A DNA stretch of 63,831 nt, filler included, from Octopus bimaculoides (taxonomy: Eukaryota): the NCBI RefSeq assembly GCF_001194135.2. It is 4 parts of 4 records of this genome, joined end to end, with 100 filler letters (N's around TTAATTAATTAA, not from the genome) between each part and the next. Parts side by side here need not be neighbours in the genome. Positions count along the whole stretch, not along the records: positions 1 to 31,746 come from NC_068991.1; 3 more parts are not named here. The stretch is one strand, 5' to 3'. Positions 1-12,606 of the stretch are shown one piece after another. A program made the translations under genes and the position numbers. Numbering within the stretch: position 1 is the first letter of the stretch; the number at the start of each line of letters is the position of its first letter. The notes below the pieces were generated by a model. That model was not told the origin of the DNA. It was given only the letters and a program-made list of their open reading frames with translations, and searched no databases.

Positions 1-115
1 GATATTATGATATTTTTTAAATAATTTTTCTATCTTTATATAATAAGTATTTCATATTAATTCATTTGGTACTTATTGTTGGTTGAGATATATATCTAAT
101 TATTGTTCTACTTAC

Positions 116-229
116 GATCTGACGAGTAGCTATATTTTTGAATAGAACTTATTTTCGATAATTTCAATTGATTTTAATCGATTTAAATTTCTTTTCTATT
201 TGAAAATTGGTTATGAAACACGTGTAATC
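116..229 (+). ncRNA. Minimal type-I hammerhead ribozyme motif (Penelope-like element type)
   Basis: CTGACGA at 119-125; long wobble-rich stem II; GAAAC-ACGT-GTA at 215-226 (palindromic stem III, GUA cleavage triplet); stem I GAT(116-118)/ATC(227-229). Confidence 0.6.
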
Positions 230-774
230 TTTTTATTATAGTTATCTTATGATATTTACTTTACTTTATATTATACTCATTTATTGTGCTTTTAATTATT
301 AATTTTTCTATATGTGATAGTGGATTTTCATCGATGAGTTCTTGAAAATTGGTTATTTTCCCTTATATATATGCAGTTACTGCGTGGATATATTAACCTC
401 TTAAAGGGGTGATTCCTTCCAAGTTACACTGTTTAATACCTTATATTGTTGAGAAATATCTTATCAATATAAATAGGTAGATTATAAATATTGAATATTA
501 TTAAGTAAGAAAATGGAGAGTTTAAATGGATATAGATTAATTTATTAACATATTGTTAATTAAGCCTTTAGTTTACTCTCAATACAAATTACAAACCTAT
601 AGAATAAAATAAGTTTGCATTTTGAAGATTTTGAGTAAGATATCATCATGTCCAATAGACATTAAAGAAACTTCATGCTGATCAATTGAGATGCTCCAAC
701 AGACTCTGTTGGAGAATCTCAATTGATCAACATGTTTCATCATCATCATTATCGCCACCACCTTAGAGAAAGGT

Positions 775-1970
775 AACTATAGAGATATTAAGTTGCTGGA
801 CTAGGTCATGAAAGATATGCAAAGTTATAGTTCTATTGATTAGGAAGAGAGTTAGCGAAGATGAGATGCAGATTGATTTTGTGCCAAGAAGTATTACTGC
901 TAAAGTTCTGGTGAAAAGTGCTTACCTAGATTACCTAAGAGTAAGCAAGTATTCCTAACACTCATCAAGTTCAAGAAAGCCTTCAACAGGATGCCTCACT
1001 CTGTGATCTGATGACTGTTGAGCAAGGAAGGATTGACAAATGGCTTGTTAGAGCCAGCAATGGGTTCAATGACAAATTTAGTGAGCATGTAAGGGTCGAA
1101 CAGTCCCCTTTTATTTATCATAGTCCTCTAAGTATTAAAAGATGAGTTCATGACTGGTTGTCTGTGGTAATTCCTATTTGCTGATGTCCATGTTCTTACA
1201 ACTGAATATGTAGTACAATTAGAGAAGAAATTCCAGGTGTGTAAGCAAGAACAGAATGAAAAGACCTCAAATTTATTTAGCAAAGACTAAAAGTGTCAAT
1301 GGGTTGGAAAAATAAGGAGTCTACTTCTATCAAGCAAATGGCCTTGTTCAGTATATAGATAAGAAGTAGGAATTCCATACAGTGTATTGAGTGAAAACTT
1401 TGGACACACAAGTGGTGCAGTGGAATCATAGACATATTAGCTAAAAAATCAGACTGTCTATGTGGTTGATGTATAGGAGCAATAAATACTAAGAGTACAC
1501 AAGAAATAGATTCTCTCAAATGTTTGGAATGATTCAGAGAAGTAATTGACAGCTTAGATGACTGAATTAGTAGTGGAGGCAGATATTCAGAAAGTATAGT
1601 AACCAGAATAAGAACAGGAGGAAGTTCAGGCAGCTATTACTTCTCTTGGCAATAAAAGATTTCTTTCTCAGATTGAAAGGTAAACTGTGTGATAGATGTA
1701 AATTTAAGAACTTCAGATTTTAACAGTTGCTTTTTAAGGATTTCACAATAAAAAATGTGTTCTTGAAGACAGATTTCGAAAATCTGTTTAAAAAGTACCT
1801 TTTTCGTAGCACCCTTCTGTACACTCTGTACAATGGTTGATGTTTGGAAGGGTATCCAGCCATAGAAATCATGCCAAAATTGAGATATTGGAATGTGTTT
1901 TTTCTGACCCATAAAATCATCTTGAACCATACAACAGCATGGAAAGCAAACATAACATGATGATGATGAC
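775..1970 (+). mobile_element. Highly decayed RTE-clade LINE (RT region, Cys-rich C-terminal part, 3' tail)
   Basis: Broken translations GNYRDIKLLD*VMK, DEMQIDFVPR, KFKKAFNRMPHSV, NSIQCIE*KLWTHKWCSGI, ISSGGRYSESIVTRIRTG; ends in a (GAT)n tail near 1960. Confidence 0.75.
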
Positions 1971-2519
1971 ATATGGTGGATTTCTGTTTCTTGGAAATGA
2001 GGTTTCAGCTATTTGATCAACTGAATCATCCACTCTTAATATTATTTTCAGATGGAATTAGTATGACACAAAATGCGTGACAAGGCTGTTCATTTTGGAT
2101 AACTGGTGCAACCTACTCAACAGGCCTCTATAGAGTTACTGGCAACCCAATTTTACTTACAATATATGGATCAACCCCAAGGCTATATGAAGTGACATTT
2201 AATTAAGATACCATGCAGTAGTGGACATTTACTATTGCTAAGTGAACTTGTTATTTATGCTTATATATATGTGTGTGTGTGTATATACACATGTATATAT
2301 GTATAAGTACATGTACATATATACACATGTATATATGTATAAGTACATGTACACATATATTAGTAAAAAAAAACATTTGTTGAAAATTGTAATTAGAACT
2401 CTGCTTCAAAATTTGGTATCCTACATAAAATAAACAAAAATCAGTTGATATGGAGCTCATTAGAAAAAGATGGAGTATAGATAGATAGTTCAGTCAGTCA
2501 GCAACAACTATGATTTCAT

Positions 2520-2782
2520 GTGGCTTAATGAGTTTTCTCAAGCAGAGCATATCGCCAAAGGTCTTGGTTACTTGTCACCACCTCCACGAGGCCCAACATT
2601 CGAAGATCGTGCTTCATCACATTGTCCCATGTCTTCCTGGGTCTACATTTTCCACAGGTTCCCTCCACAGTTACAGATCAGCACTTCTTTACACAGTTGT
2701 CCTCATCCAGATGCATCACATGACATACCAGTGCTTTCGTCTCTCTTGCACACCACATCTGATGTGTCTTATGTCCAGTTTT
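2520..2782 (-). mobile_element. RTE LINE 3' coding fragment
   Basis: Minus strand gives HVMHLDEDNCVKKC..VEGTCGKCRPRKTWDNVMKHDL..DLWRYA, matching the RTE C-terminal GRGRPRKTW motif. Confidence 0.75.
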
Positions 2783-2821
2783 TCTCTCTCTCTCTCTCTC
2801 TATATATATATGTATAGGTAC

Positions 2822-3225
2822 AGGAGAGGCTGTTTGGTAAGAATCTTGCTTCCCAACCACATGGTTCTGGGTTCAGTCCCACTGCATGGCACCTTGGGCA
2901 AGTGTCTTCTACTATAGCCTTGGGCNNNNNNNNNNGGCAAGTGTCTTCTACTATAGCCTTGGGCCGACCAAAGCCTTGTGAGTGGATTTGGTAGACAGAA
3001 ACTGAAAGAAGTCTGTCATATATATGTTTGTATTTGTGTGTCTGTGTTTGTTCCCCACCATTGCTCGACAGCTGATGTTGGTGCGTTTATGTCCCTGTAA
3101 CTTAGGGGTTCAGCAAAAGAGACTGATACAATAAGTACTAGGCTTACAAAGAATAAGTCCTGGGGTTGATTTGTTCAACTAAAGGCGGTGCTCCAGCATG
3201 GCTGCAATCAAATGACTGAAACAAG
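2822..3225 (+). mobile_element. tRNA-derived SINE (family A) with shared 3' body
   Basis: A-box-like ggctgtttggtaag and B-box ggttcagtcc; near-identical copies at 39293-39675 and 41450-41830 (+) and 60715-60870 (-). Confidence 0.85.
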
Positions 3226-3275
3226 TAAAATAATAAAAGAATATATACATACAAATACACAGTATTGTACACATA

Positions 3276-4375
3276 TGAGGTGCATTCCAGAAGTTTTGAG
3301 ACTTTTTCAGGAAAGACATTTACTAATTTCAAAGAAGTACAAAACTTTTATCTCCTTCAATGTAGGATCCTCTGACTTTAATGCACGTGTTGAAGCCACA
3401 TTATGAAGGTCCCTTGGAAGCCCACCAAAGTGGAGGTACCCAGCACCCTTGTCACAACTTCCTTCATCTTCACCTTCAACTTAAGGAGCAATAAAAAGTC
3501 ACAGGGAGCAAGTTCTGGACCATAGGGAGGGTGATGGACAGTTTTGATGCTCATCTCTGTCAAGTATCAGGATGGAATTGAGGACTGTTGCATTCTCCTG
3601 ACCTGAGTTAAAGAGCTCTGGCCTTTTGTGATAAAATTGCTTCTTGAATTCCCTCAAAACCTCCACAAAGTAATCTCTGTTGACCATCTGGACTGAGGGC
3701 ATCCAGTAGATATAGATGATGGCTTTACCACCAAAAAAGGGAATCATTGTGGACTTGCTTTACCTAGCCTTCTTGTGTCTGGAAGAGCTAGGGTACTTCC
3801 ATTGGGCACTCTGTTTCTTGGTGTCTTGATCATATCAGTAGATCTAGCTTTTGTCAAAGGTCACAAGAGACTCAAGTTGTCTTGGATTGAAGGCTCAACC
3901 ATCTCACTGCTGTTACTGTGTTTTTTCTGTTTGTCACTGAATACCCCGGGAACAAACTTTTCACAAATTTTGTGTCTGTTCAGGTCTTCATGAATAATTC
4001 TATGTACAGTTACCACACCACCTCCAAACTCTATGCTTATTGTTTTTATAGACACATGACAGTCTTCATCCAGAAAATTGTAAATTTTCTCCCATACCTT
4101 TCATTGTCTCATACCTCCTCTCTACCTTCCTTGAACCTCTTGTCCTAGTGTAGTGGAAAACAGATGCTTGGCTCATACAAGTTAATCCATAAGCAGTCTG
4201 GAGCATTTCATAAGTTTCCTGTAGCATTTTTTGTCCAGTTTAACTCAAAAGCTTATTGCATAGCAAACTTCCAAATTGTCTTCACGTCCCAACTGCATTT
4301 TGCAAACTAGTCAACTGTGACAAGCAGTGTTTAGTAGGGTATGTTCACAGTGCTGTTCCACTTGTCACCTTCAAT
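3276..4375 (-). mobile_element. Mariner transposase remnant
   Basis: HRIIHEDLNRHKICEKFVPGVFSDKQK (WVPH-like) and HPPYGPELAPCDF (YSPDLAP-like); TA followed by TIR-like tgaggtgcattccagaagttttgagac at 3274-3300. Right TIR not found. Confidence 0.85.
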
Positions 4376-4659
4376 CTGGAATAAAAAGTTGGCAGGTCAG
4401 CTTATTAGATGTATTATGTTGAAAAATACCAATATATGTATCTTTGCAGGCCAGATTGAAGCATAAACTAGATTTCACCAACTGGATAGGGACAAATGTT
4501 TCTGCAAATCCTATAATTATAATGGAAGAAGAAGATACCCCAAAAGTATCATAAAAACCTTCCTTCCATTATAAAATGGTGACCCCAGTCTAAAAGGATT
4601 TTCAACAGCTGAAAGCTTCTATCGTTGTTAAAATGGCTCACACAAACAAAAAACTTAGT

Positions 4660-6445
4660 TTCTAAGTGCAGCAACGAGAGGACATATTTCAAGCAAGCTG
4701 GCCATCAACTTCACAGCCCGAGTTTGAATACAAAAGTTTCGCCATCGTTACAATTCCGAAAAGAATGAGCTTCACATGTGGATGACTTCACACCTTATCT
4801 TCCAGTTGTTGAATGTTGTAGATATTCCCACTAGCCAGTCGCTTCTCTGTGCTGTACCCTGTGTCTTTCTATGTTCATGTGTTCGCTCTACCTCAAAACA
4901 GAAAAGCAGTACAAACTTATACACACAAATGAACAGAAGAGAAGAACCGCAAATTCGTCTCCTGCTCGTTTTCCCTTGAGCTCCATAGATGAAGTAAACA
5001 AATGACACCATTTTGAGAAATGACGAAAACTGCTAGAAATGAGCTGGTAAACTTGTAATGACTAGATCATTTCCCACCATTTCATTTTCGCCATTTTTCC
5101 TGTTGAAGCCTACAACCATCGTTCCTGTCTACCGTCATGTTCTGACACCTCACATGTTGTTAGAAACAGAAAACCACCAATTCGCCCACCAATTTCTGAT
5201 ACCATCTTGAAAAAAAAAACGGAACAAATATTTTTTTCAGTGGATTGTAACACAGCTTTGGTGACTAACAAAAAAAAAAAGAAAAAGAAAAATTTTTTTT
5301 TCCTTTCTGCACATAGTACAAAAAAATTAAAGCTTTTGCTAAGAAAACTTTTTTCTGCACACATGTTTATTATTCCAACACTTTTGTCGGTTCTTTGGTA
5401 CTTTTCTCTAGTTTTGTACATTCCCATATTTTTTCCTTTTTCCTTTCTTTCCTGTAAAAGATGAGTCTTCCCAGCTTGCCCGCATACTCTGGTGATGTCA
5501 CACTTTGGTTCGCTCAATTGGATGCATATTTTTCTGCCCATGCTGTGCCTCACCAACTGCAACTGAACCTTTTGTACTGTGAAATACCTTCACCTCTTGC
5601 ATGCTCAGTGAAAGATCTCATTACTGACCCACATCCGGACGCAGCTTACATGTCCATCAAATCCAAGATTCTCCGTCAGAACACACAATCCGCAGAGTAA
5701 ATTCTGATGCAGGATGGACCCCTGGGAGATAGGACACCATCGATTGTGAGAACTCAACGACATTCCACTTGAGGACAATCCTCTGCTAAGGAAATTGTTT
5801 TTCTCTCGTCTACTGCCAAATGTCCAATTGATACTGGCCACAATGGTCGACTTCAATTCGCTTGATCAGATAGCCACCATGGCAGACACCTCACCATACC
5901 TGTTTGGACCCCGTAGTAGCTTCCTCTACTACAACAGTCTCCTACCTTGTCACATGACACTTTGGAGAGAGTCAATGCATTAACATGTTGCATGGACACA
6001 CTGTGGCGAGAACACGTGAGCTCTCATTGTCCTCACAGCAGAAGCCGTTCTAAGTCACAGTCATCTAGTTCTGCTCCTATGATTTCCAATGTCTGCTGGT
6101 ACCATGCTAGATTTAAGGACAAAGCCCATTGATGCATACAGCCCTGTTCATTCAAGCTGTTGGGAAACTAGTTGCAGAAGATTTGGGCACATCAATTTCT
6201 TCCCACAATTTTTCATCTCATCGTGCATTCTTTGTTAAGGATGATGTGTCTAGTGAATCGTTCATGGTTGACACTGGATCCAGCTGTTCTATTTGACCCT
6301 TGTATCTTACTTCAAACAATCTGAAGCAATCTGCCATTAACCTGCATGTGGTGAATCTATTCCTGATAAAAACTGACCGTCGGGTCTCATTAAACTTAGA
6401 TCTCAACCTTCAAAGGGATTTTAGGTGGATTTTACTCTAAATAGA
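4660..6445 (+). mobile_element. Truncated Ty3/Gypsy (CsRN1-type) element: putative LTR end and PBS, decayed gag, protease start
   Basis: gtaaca followed by ttggtgac (PBS-like) near 5246-5268; gag LPAYSGDVTLWFAQLDAYF, LFFSRLLPNVQLIL, CWYHARFKDKAH*CIQPC (CHCC); protease FMVDTGSSCSI near 6262. LTR start is uncertain. Confidence 0.8.
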
Positions 6446-6629
6446 TTGTTCCACTTTGGAGAATTATTCTTGGTGAAATTTTTGCTGGAATTTTATTTCT
6501 ATATCTTTTGTTACATCACTACCATTGTTGATTTCCTTTTGATCGATGTAAATCCCACTTTTTGTGTGTTGCATTCCTCCTCTTAATGTTGTCCTCAATG
6601 TCTTGAACTCCTGTGGTTAATAAAAGGAA

Positions 6630-6642
6630 TGATTATTTATTA

Positions 6643-6674
<32 letters not shown>

Positions 6675-6780
6675 GAGTGAGAGAACAGTGTACGCCACCA
6701 AAGTGACACTGGGGTACAAATATATGAAGCTCAAGATACCTAGCATGACCACCTGTCTAATAAGGGTACATCAGGAACGA
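6630..6780 (-). mobile_element. Retroposon 3' end with (TAA)n tail
   Basis: A (TTA)n run at 6633-6673 abuts gagtgagagaacagtgtacgccaccaaagtgacactgggg, a non-LTR-like 3' terminus. Confidence 0.5.
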
Positions 6781-7239
6781 TTTATAAATACTTTATAAAG
6801 CACAAAATGAGTTAGAATAAAGAAATAAATGTGTCAGCTTTCAAATAAAAAATAAAGATTGTGAAAATATAATAATGGTGCAAAATGAGTAGCTGTCAAA
6901 GTTTACCATATAGCTTACTATAAATTTCATACTTGACGACCTAATATAGGTAATGAAGGCTGTTCTTTAGTCAGGGGTCATTAAAAAGCAAAGATATACT
7001 TTGAGGTTTGGAAGTCATGAAAATATGACAATGAAAATTGAATGACGATGATGAAGATGATGATGCAGAGATGTGAATGAATGACGAACAATTAATTATG
7101 AAGATGGTCATTTATTTAAACTCAATTAGTCATTACAATATAAAATAAATAATGTTGTGTGTACACATTGTAAATACAGTAATATATTTTCTGTGGATCC
7201 ATGGTTCATTTTGTATGGGAACTTGCTTCATCCCTATGC

Positions 7240-7282
<43 letters not shown>

Positions 7283-7292
7283 NNNNNNNNNN

Positions 7293-7333
<41 letters not shown>

Positions 7334-7479
7334 ATGAAAGTATCTTTAAAAATGAAGAGAGTGATAAATCTATTCTCTCACATCACTCTGACTAGAAATT
7401 GGCTGATGCTCCTGGTTTGGTATCATCTGTACCAAAGAGATGGATTTAACATTTCACTGGGTATTTGTTAAGTTGGGTG

Positions 7480-8550
7480 ACTGAAATAGTTCGACCTAAA
7501 ACAACAGATTTCTCCAGAATTATCTTTCTGACCCTTCTATGACTAGAGGAGGTCTCAGAGGTCAACTCATTCACATAAATCTCAAAGTGCAGAGAGGAGA
7601 ACACAAAAGACAGGACATTTGTTTGGAAATTAATAAAAATATGGATTTGGTTTTCAATCCACCTAGCTGTTGTAGCTGGTCACTAAATATGCATTACAGC
7701 CAATCTTACCAGCTGGTTTCGAACTAGGGGTTTAATGAGGTATTAGATAAAAGCCTGATTATGTAATCCTGTGCTCTTCGGAGACCACAGTTATGGGAGT
7801 AACTATAGTGACTGCTTTCTATGGCCGGAGGTGAAATGACACATCCAGGTTGTGGTTGCTGGGAAAAAGACGACAAAACAAACTGAGCATGAGTTAAGAG
7901 TTATGTCCCTTGGCATCAAAAAACCACCTCTGGGGATGTTGCAAGGTGACAGGAGTTTTCTGGAAATATGTTTATGTTTTGGGGTTGGTGTTCTTGTAGT
8001 GTTAGAATATATGCAGTGGTACTATATGTTTAGTGTTTTGGGGGCTGGGGAGCAAAGTCTGCACAAGTACCTATGTGTTTGTTCATTTGTGTGTGTTTTG
8101 TTTATATTTTGGTTCAATACTTTAGAGTATTTGTGTAGGCATGGAATGTGTGTAGGGGTACTATATGTGTTGGGGCTTATATTGGGAGTTGGTGGATAGA
8201 GGAGCTATTGGATGGATGTCCCCCATGATTGGATGCTCATTTGCATACATTCTGGTCAAACTCTTTACAGAATTCCCAGCTATTCGTCATGGGGAGCTGA
8301 ATTTGGGGAACTGGCGATTATAGTTACAATGAGGCTCATAGATGTGATAGAATGCACTTCCTTTCAGGTAACAAAGATTAAAAATTTCACCTCTGCTGTT
8401 CAGATAGATCCTTGGGTGCTGAGAGTTGTTTAACATGGCTCTTTTCTTGGCTAGGCATAATCTGCACTTCCTACTGCTATTGAAGTAAGCTTTGCATTTC
8501 TCTAATATCCTCCACTCTATGTTGTATTCTGTGGCACTCTCAGACTGATA
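7480..8550 (-). mobile_element. Penelope-like element 3' remnant (GIY-YIG C-terminus plus downstream hammerhead)
   Basis: WRILEKCKAYFNSSRKCRLCLAKKRAMLNNSQHPRIYLNSRGEIFNLC matches the PLE C-terminal CxLC..LNxRxE..C pattern; hammerhead-like motif 500 bp downstream on the same strand. Confidence 0.75.
7702..7786 (-). ncRNA. Hammerhead ribozyme-like motif, variant core CCGAAGA
   Basis: Minus strand: GGTCT-CCGAAGA-GCACAGG...CCTAGTTC-GAAAC-CAGCTG-GTA-AGATT; stem I has 5 bp including G-U pairs; palindromic stem III. Confidence 0.5.
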
Positions 8551-8552
8551 TA

Positions 8553-9818
8553 CAGTGGACAAAATAATGGAAACACCTTAAAATTTCAAACAAATTTATT
8601 TTAATATGGGGTAGGACCACCTTTGGCAGTAATTACAGCTTGAATTCTATGAGCTATGGACTTGTACAAAGTTTGAATTGTTTCCAAAAGAATTTTTGGC
8701 CATTCTTCAACTTAAACAGTCTCTAGTTCTTGTAGCTATGATGATGGAAGATATCGACTTCTTATTTGTTTTTCTAAAATGCACCATAAATGTTCAATAA
8801 TATTGAGATCTAGGGACTGTGGTAGCCAGATAAGATGTTCAACTTCAGTAGAATGTTCCTTGTGTCATTCAGTAACAACTTCAGCTGTGTGAATTGGTGC
8901 ATTATCATCCTGAAAGATTGTGTTTCCCTCTGGAAAGAGTTCCACAACCATAGGATGAATTTGATCACATAAAATGCTTAAATAGTCTTGACTATTAATT
9001 CTGTTATGAAGGGAAACCATTGGACTGGCAGATTTCCAAGATATAGCCCCACCAGATCATCACAGATCCTCCTCCATGTTTAATAGTTGGAAGAAGGCAG
9101 TCTGAGTCAAATGCTTCTTTTGGCTGTCTCCACACGTATACTCGGCCGGTGGTCAGAAATAAGGTAAAGGATGACTCGTCTAAGAAAATAACATTCTTCC
9201 ACTGCTCTAGAGACCAATTCTGTAGGTTTTTACTTCACTCTAAATGCTTTGCAATGTTTGCTTTGAAAGTAGTGGTTTTCTGATTGCAGCCCTCCTGTGA
9301 AATCTGGCTTTGTGCAGCTCCCAGCAAACATTTTTTGTGGAAACTGGGTTCTTGAGGTGGTCATTAAGCTCTGCAGTAATTCTGGGAGCTGTACTTTTGT
9401 GATCCTTTCTAACAATTTGCATAAGAGTCTGACGGTCCCTATCTGAAAGTTTTGGTTATTTTCTGGAGTTTTGTTCCGATGAGGAGGTTTTTCCCTTTTT
9501 CTCAAAGCTGTCATTACTTTCGAGACAGTACTTCTTGATACACCAAACATTTTGGCTGTTTTCATTATGCTAGCACCTGCCATATAAGCACCAACAATTT
9601 GACCTCTTTGAAAGTCTGATAGCTCTGTCATTTTAATGAATTTTAATTACCTTTTTCTGATAACTGAAAAGAAACAGTAATTTTTGCAAAACATATTAAG
9701 TGACACTAATAATAAATCAAAAAACATAAAAATAAAACAAGCTTTTGACAGTTTTATAGATATTTCAAAATTATGATGCTATGATGCAAGGTGTTTCCAT
9801 TATTTTGTCCAACCCCTG
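8553..9818 (-). mobile_element. Full-length but degenerate Tc1 transposon
   Basis: TIRs cagtggacaaaataatggaaacacct / aggtgtttccattattttgtccaacccctg flanked by TA on both sides; transposase MTELSDFQRGQIVGAYMAGAS...RRAAIRKPLL with frameshifts. Confidence 0.92.
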
Positions 9819-9865
<47 letters not shown>

Positions 9866-10189
9866 NNNNNNNNNNNNNNNNNNNNNNNNNNNNNNNNNNN
9901 NNNNNNNNNNNNNNNNNNNNNNNNNNNNNNNNNNNNNNNNNNNNNNNNNNNNNNNNNNNNNNNNNNNNNNNNNNNNNNNNNNNNNNNNNNNNNNNNNNNN
10001 NNNNNNNNNNNNNNNNNNNNNNNNNNNNNNNNNNNNNNNNNNNNNNNNNNNNNNNNNNNNNNNNNNNNNNNNNNNNNNNNNNNNNNNNNNNNNNNNNNNN
10101 NNNNNNNNNNNNNNNNNNNNNNNNNNNNNNNNNNNNNNNNNNNNNNNNNNNNNNNNNNNNNNNNNNNNNGGATTTTAAAATGGAAAAGG

Positions 10190-12291
10190 TGCAGTTACAA
10201 GGAAAATGACAATTATAAAATCATAATAAAAGAGAATGCAAAAGAAATATGTAAACTGGTTTTATTAATTGAATTATGTTAACGATGGGACAATTTGTGC
10301 GCAAGGAAGATGATGGAGTGAGGAGGAGGATTACTGTTTGGGAGGAGAATCTCCTTCCATTAAGACTTCAGGAAGAACAATTTAGGCTTTTTGGACACAC
10401 TTTCTTCACTTTTCACACTTTTAGGTTGTTTCACTAGAAACATATCAAGAGAAGTCTGCTTTTTCCTGCCTTTCAAAATGTTACAAGAATATGCCAGAGC
10501 AGTGTCATTAAATAAAGCAGCTGCACGACCTGTAGATACTTTTTCAGGATGATTTTTTTCTACAAATTCAAAAACATACTGCCACTTTGCCAACACTGCC
10601 TTTATGTCACTTGTAGAGATAGTCTTCTCTGCTACACCGATCTCCCCCACAGCATCCAAATGCTGCTGCTCTTTAAGTTGCAGGAGTTCATCTGATGTTA
10701 GCTCCTCTGAGTGTTCCTCAATGAGATCATTAATGTCTCCATCATCAACCTTGAGGCCCATTGACTTGCTAAGAGACACTATATCCTCAACTACAGCTGT
10801 CTCAGACTCAAACTCCTCAAAGTCTCTTTTGGATACACAGTCAGGCTACAGTTTCCTCCATGCAGAATTCAGCATTCTCCATGTTACACCCTGCCAGGCC
10901 ATATCGATGATTTTCAGGGAGTTAACAATGTTGTACTGCTCCTTCCAAAATTCACAGAGGGTTAGATTTGTATTTTCAGTGATTTCAAAGCACTGATGAA
11001 ACAGGTATTTGATATACAATTTCTTAAAATTAGAAATCACATGTTGGTTCATAAGCTGCAAAATAGGGTAGTGTTGCATGAAAGATACAGAACATTTATG
11101 AATTTAAATTTGTCCAGGATATCATCTTCGAGGTTAGGAGGGTGAACAGGAGCATTGTCGAGGATGAGGAGCACCTTGGGAGGAAGATCATTCTCCAGAA
11201 GGTACTTTTTCACTGCTGGTCTGAAGACAAGGTTGACCTACTCAGTGAAGAATTGCCTAGTGACCTAGGCTTTAATGTTTGCCCTCCACATTACCTGCAG
11301 CTTCTTCTTCAGGATTTTGTGTGACTTGAATGCTTGTGGGTTTTCAGAATCATAGACAAGGAGTGGCTTGATTTTCAAGGCTCCACTCACATTGGCACAA
11401 AGGGTGAGAGTTAGCCTGTTTTTCATAGGCTTGTGGATTGGCATTTTCTTCTCCTCTGCAGTTATGTAGATTCTTCTGAGCATATTTTTCCAAAAAAGGC
11501 CAGTTTCTTCAGAGTTGAATACCTGTTGTGTGATGTACCCCTTGGCTGCAATGAGTTGATGGTATTCATGCACAAAATCCTCAGCTGCCTTCATGTCAGA
11601 ACTCTTCTTGAAGAGGACTGTTTCATTAGTCCTCTTCTTGAAATTATCAAACTAGCTGTGATTGGACTTAAATGCATCTGCTGATGTCTCCTCCATTGAT
11701 GTTCCAGGGTTTTGCTTCAGGAGATCCTCATACACCACCCATGCTTTCTTGCAGATGATGGTCTTTGTAATCATATCCTTTGTTTATCCACAGGAGAAGC
11801 AATTTTTCCATCCCTTCGTGGACATTGCTTACAGAGCCTGGTAACAACTTTTGCTGTTGCAACAGCATTGATCTCATCCATTTTCTTCAGGATGGTACAG
11901 ATTATCGACATGCTATGTCCTCTACACATACTCCTTTCTCATGTTTATCAATGATTCCCTTCTTCAGTTATATTGTAATCAGCTTTTTCTTCTTAGCATA
12001 GGTCCTTTCCACTAACCTTCTTAGGTCCCATGGCTAACACAGCTAATTATTATAAAATAATAGCAAAAAATGCACAAAACTAACAATAACATTGGGAAAA
12101 ACACAATAGGGGTGCTGCCAGGAGATAAACATGTGAATTGAGCAAGCGGATGCTGTGCTTGTTGGGAGAGTATGTGTGAGTTCAGCACCGACTAGCCGGC
12201 AATTGTCTGAAATTCACTTGTACTACAGATTTCCACTTGTACTTCAAGACAAAAATTCGCACAAGCCTTGGCTCATATAGCAAATTGCCTG
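10190..12291 (-). mobile_element. Tigger/pogo-family (TIGD1-like) DNA transposon, decayed
   Basis: GYITQQVFNSEETGLFWKNMLRRIYITAEEKKMPIHKPMKNRLTL...KPLLVYDSENPQAFK, LQLMNQHVISNFKKLY; possible terminus cctgTA at 12288-12293. Confidence 0.9.
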
Positions 12292-12392
12292 TACAATGAT
12301 GCACTCATACTGCAAGGTTTTACTGCATATATATATGGATATGTATGTATATATATAAATATATTGTTATGTATGTGTGTGTGTGTATATAT

Positions 12393-12606
12393 ATATCATC
12401 ATCATCATCATCATCGTTTAACGTCCGCTTTCCATACTAGCATGGGTTGGACGATTTGACTGAGGACTGGTGAAACCGGATGGCAACACCAGGTTCCAGT
12501 CTAATTTGGCAGAGTTTCTACAGCTGGATGCCCTTCCTAACGCCAACCACTCAGAGAGTGTAGTGGGTGCTTTTACGTGTCACCCGCACGAAAACGGCCA
12601 CGCTCG
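12393..12606 (-). mobile_element. RTE-type 3' end / SINE with (GAT)n tail
   Basis: catcatcatcgtttaacgtccgctttcca...ggatgcccttcctaacgcc; the same family is on + at 25344-25482 and 52140-52415. Confidence 0.8.

Noticed and set aside
2880-2965. Repeated ggcaagtgtcttctactatagccttgggc either side of a 10-N gap (similar at 25805-25890)
   Set aside because: Typical contig-overlap duplication around a minimal gap.
4450-4575. Possible exon after tctttgcAG with an open frame and a local hairpin
   Set aside because: The peptide has no LRR or other recognisable similarity, and the hammerhead-like reading lacks both core motifs.
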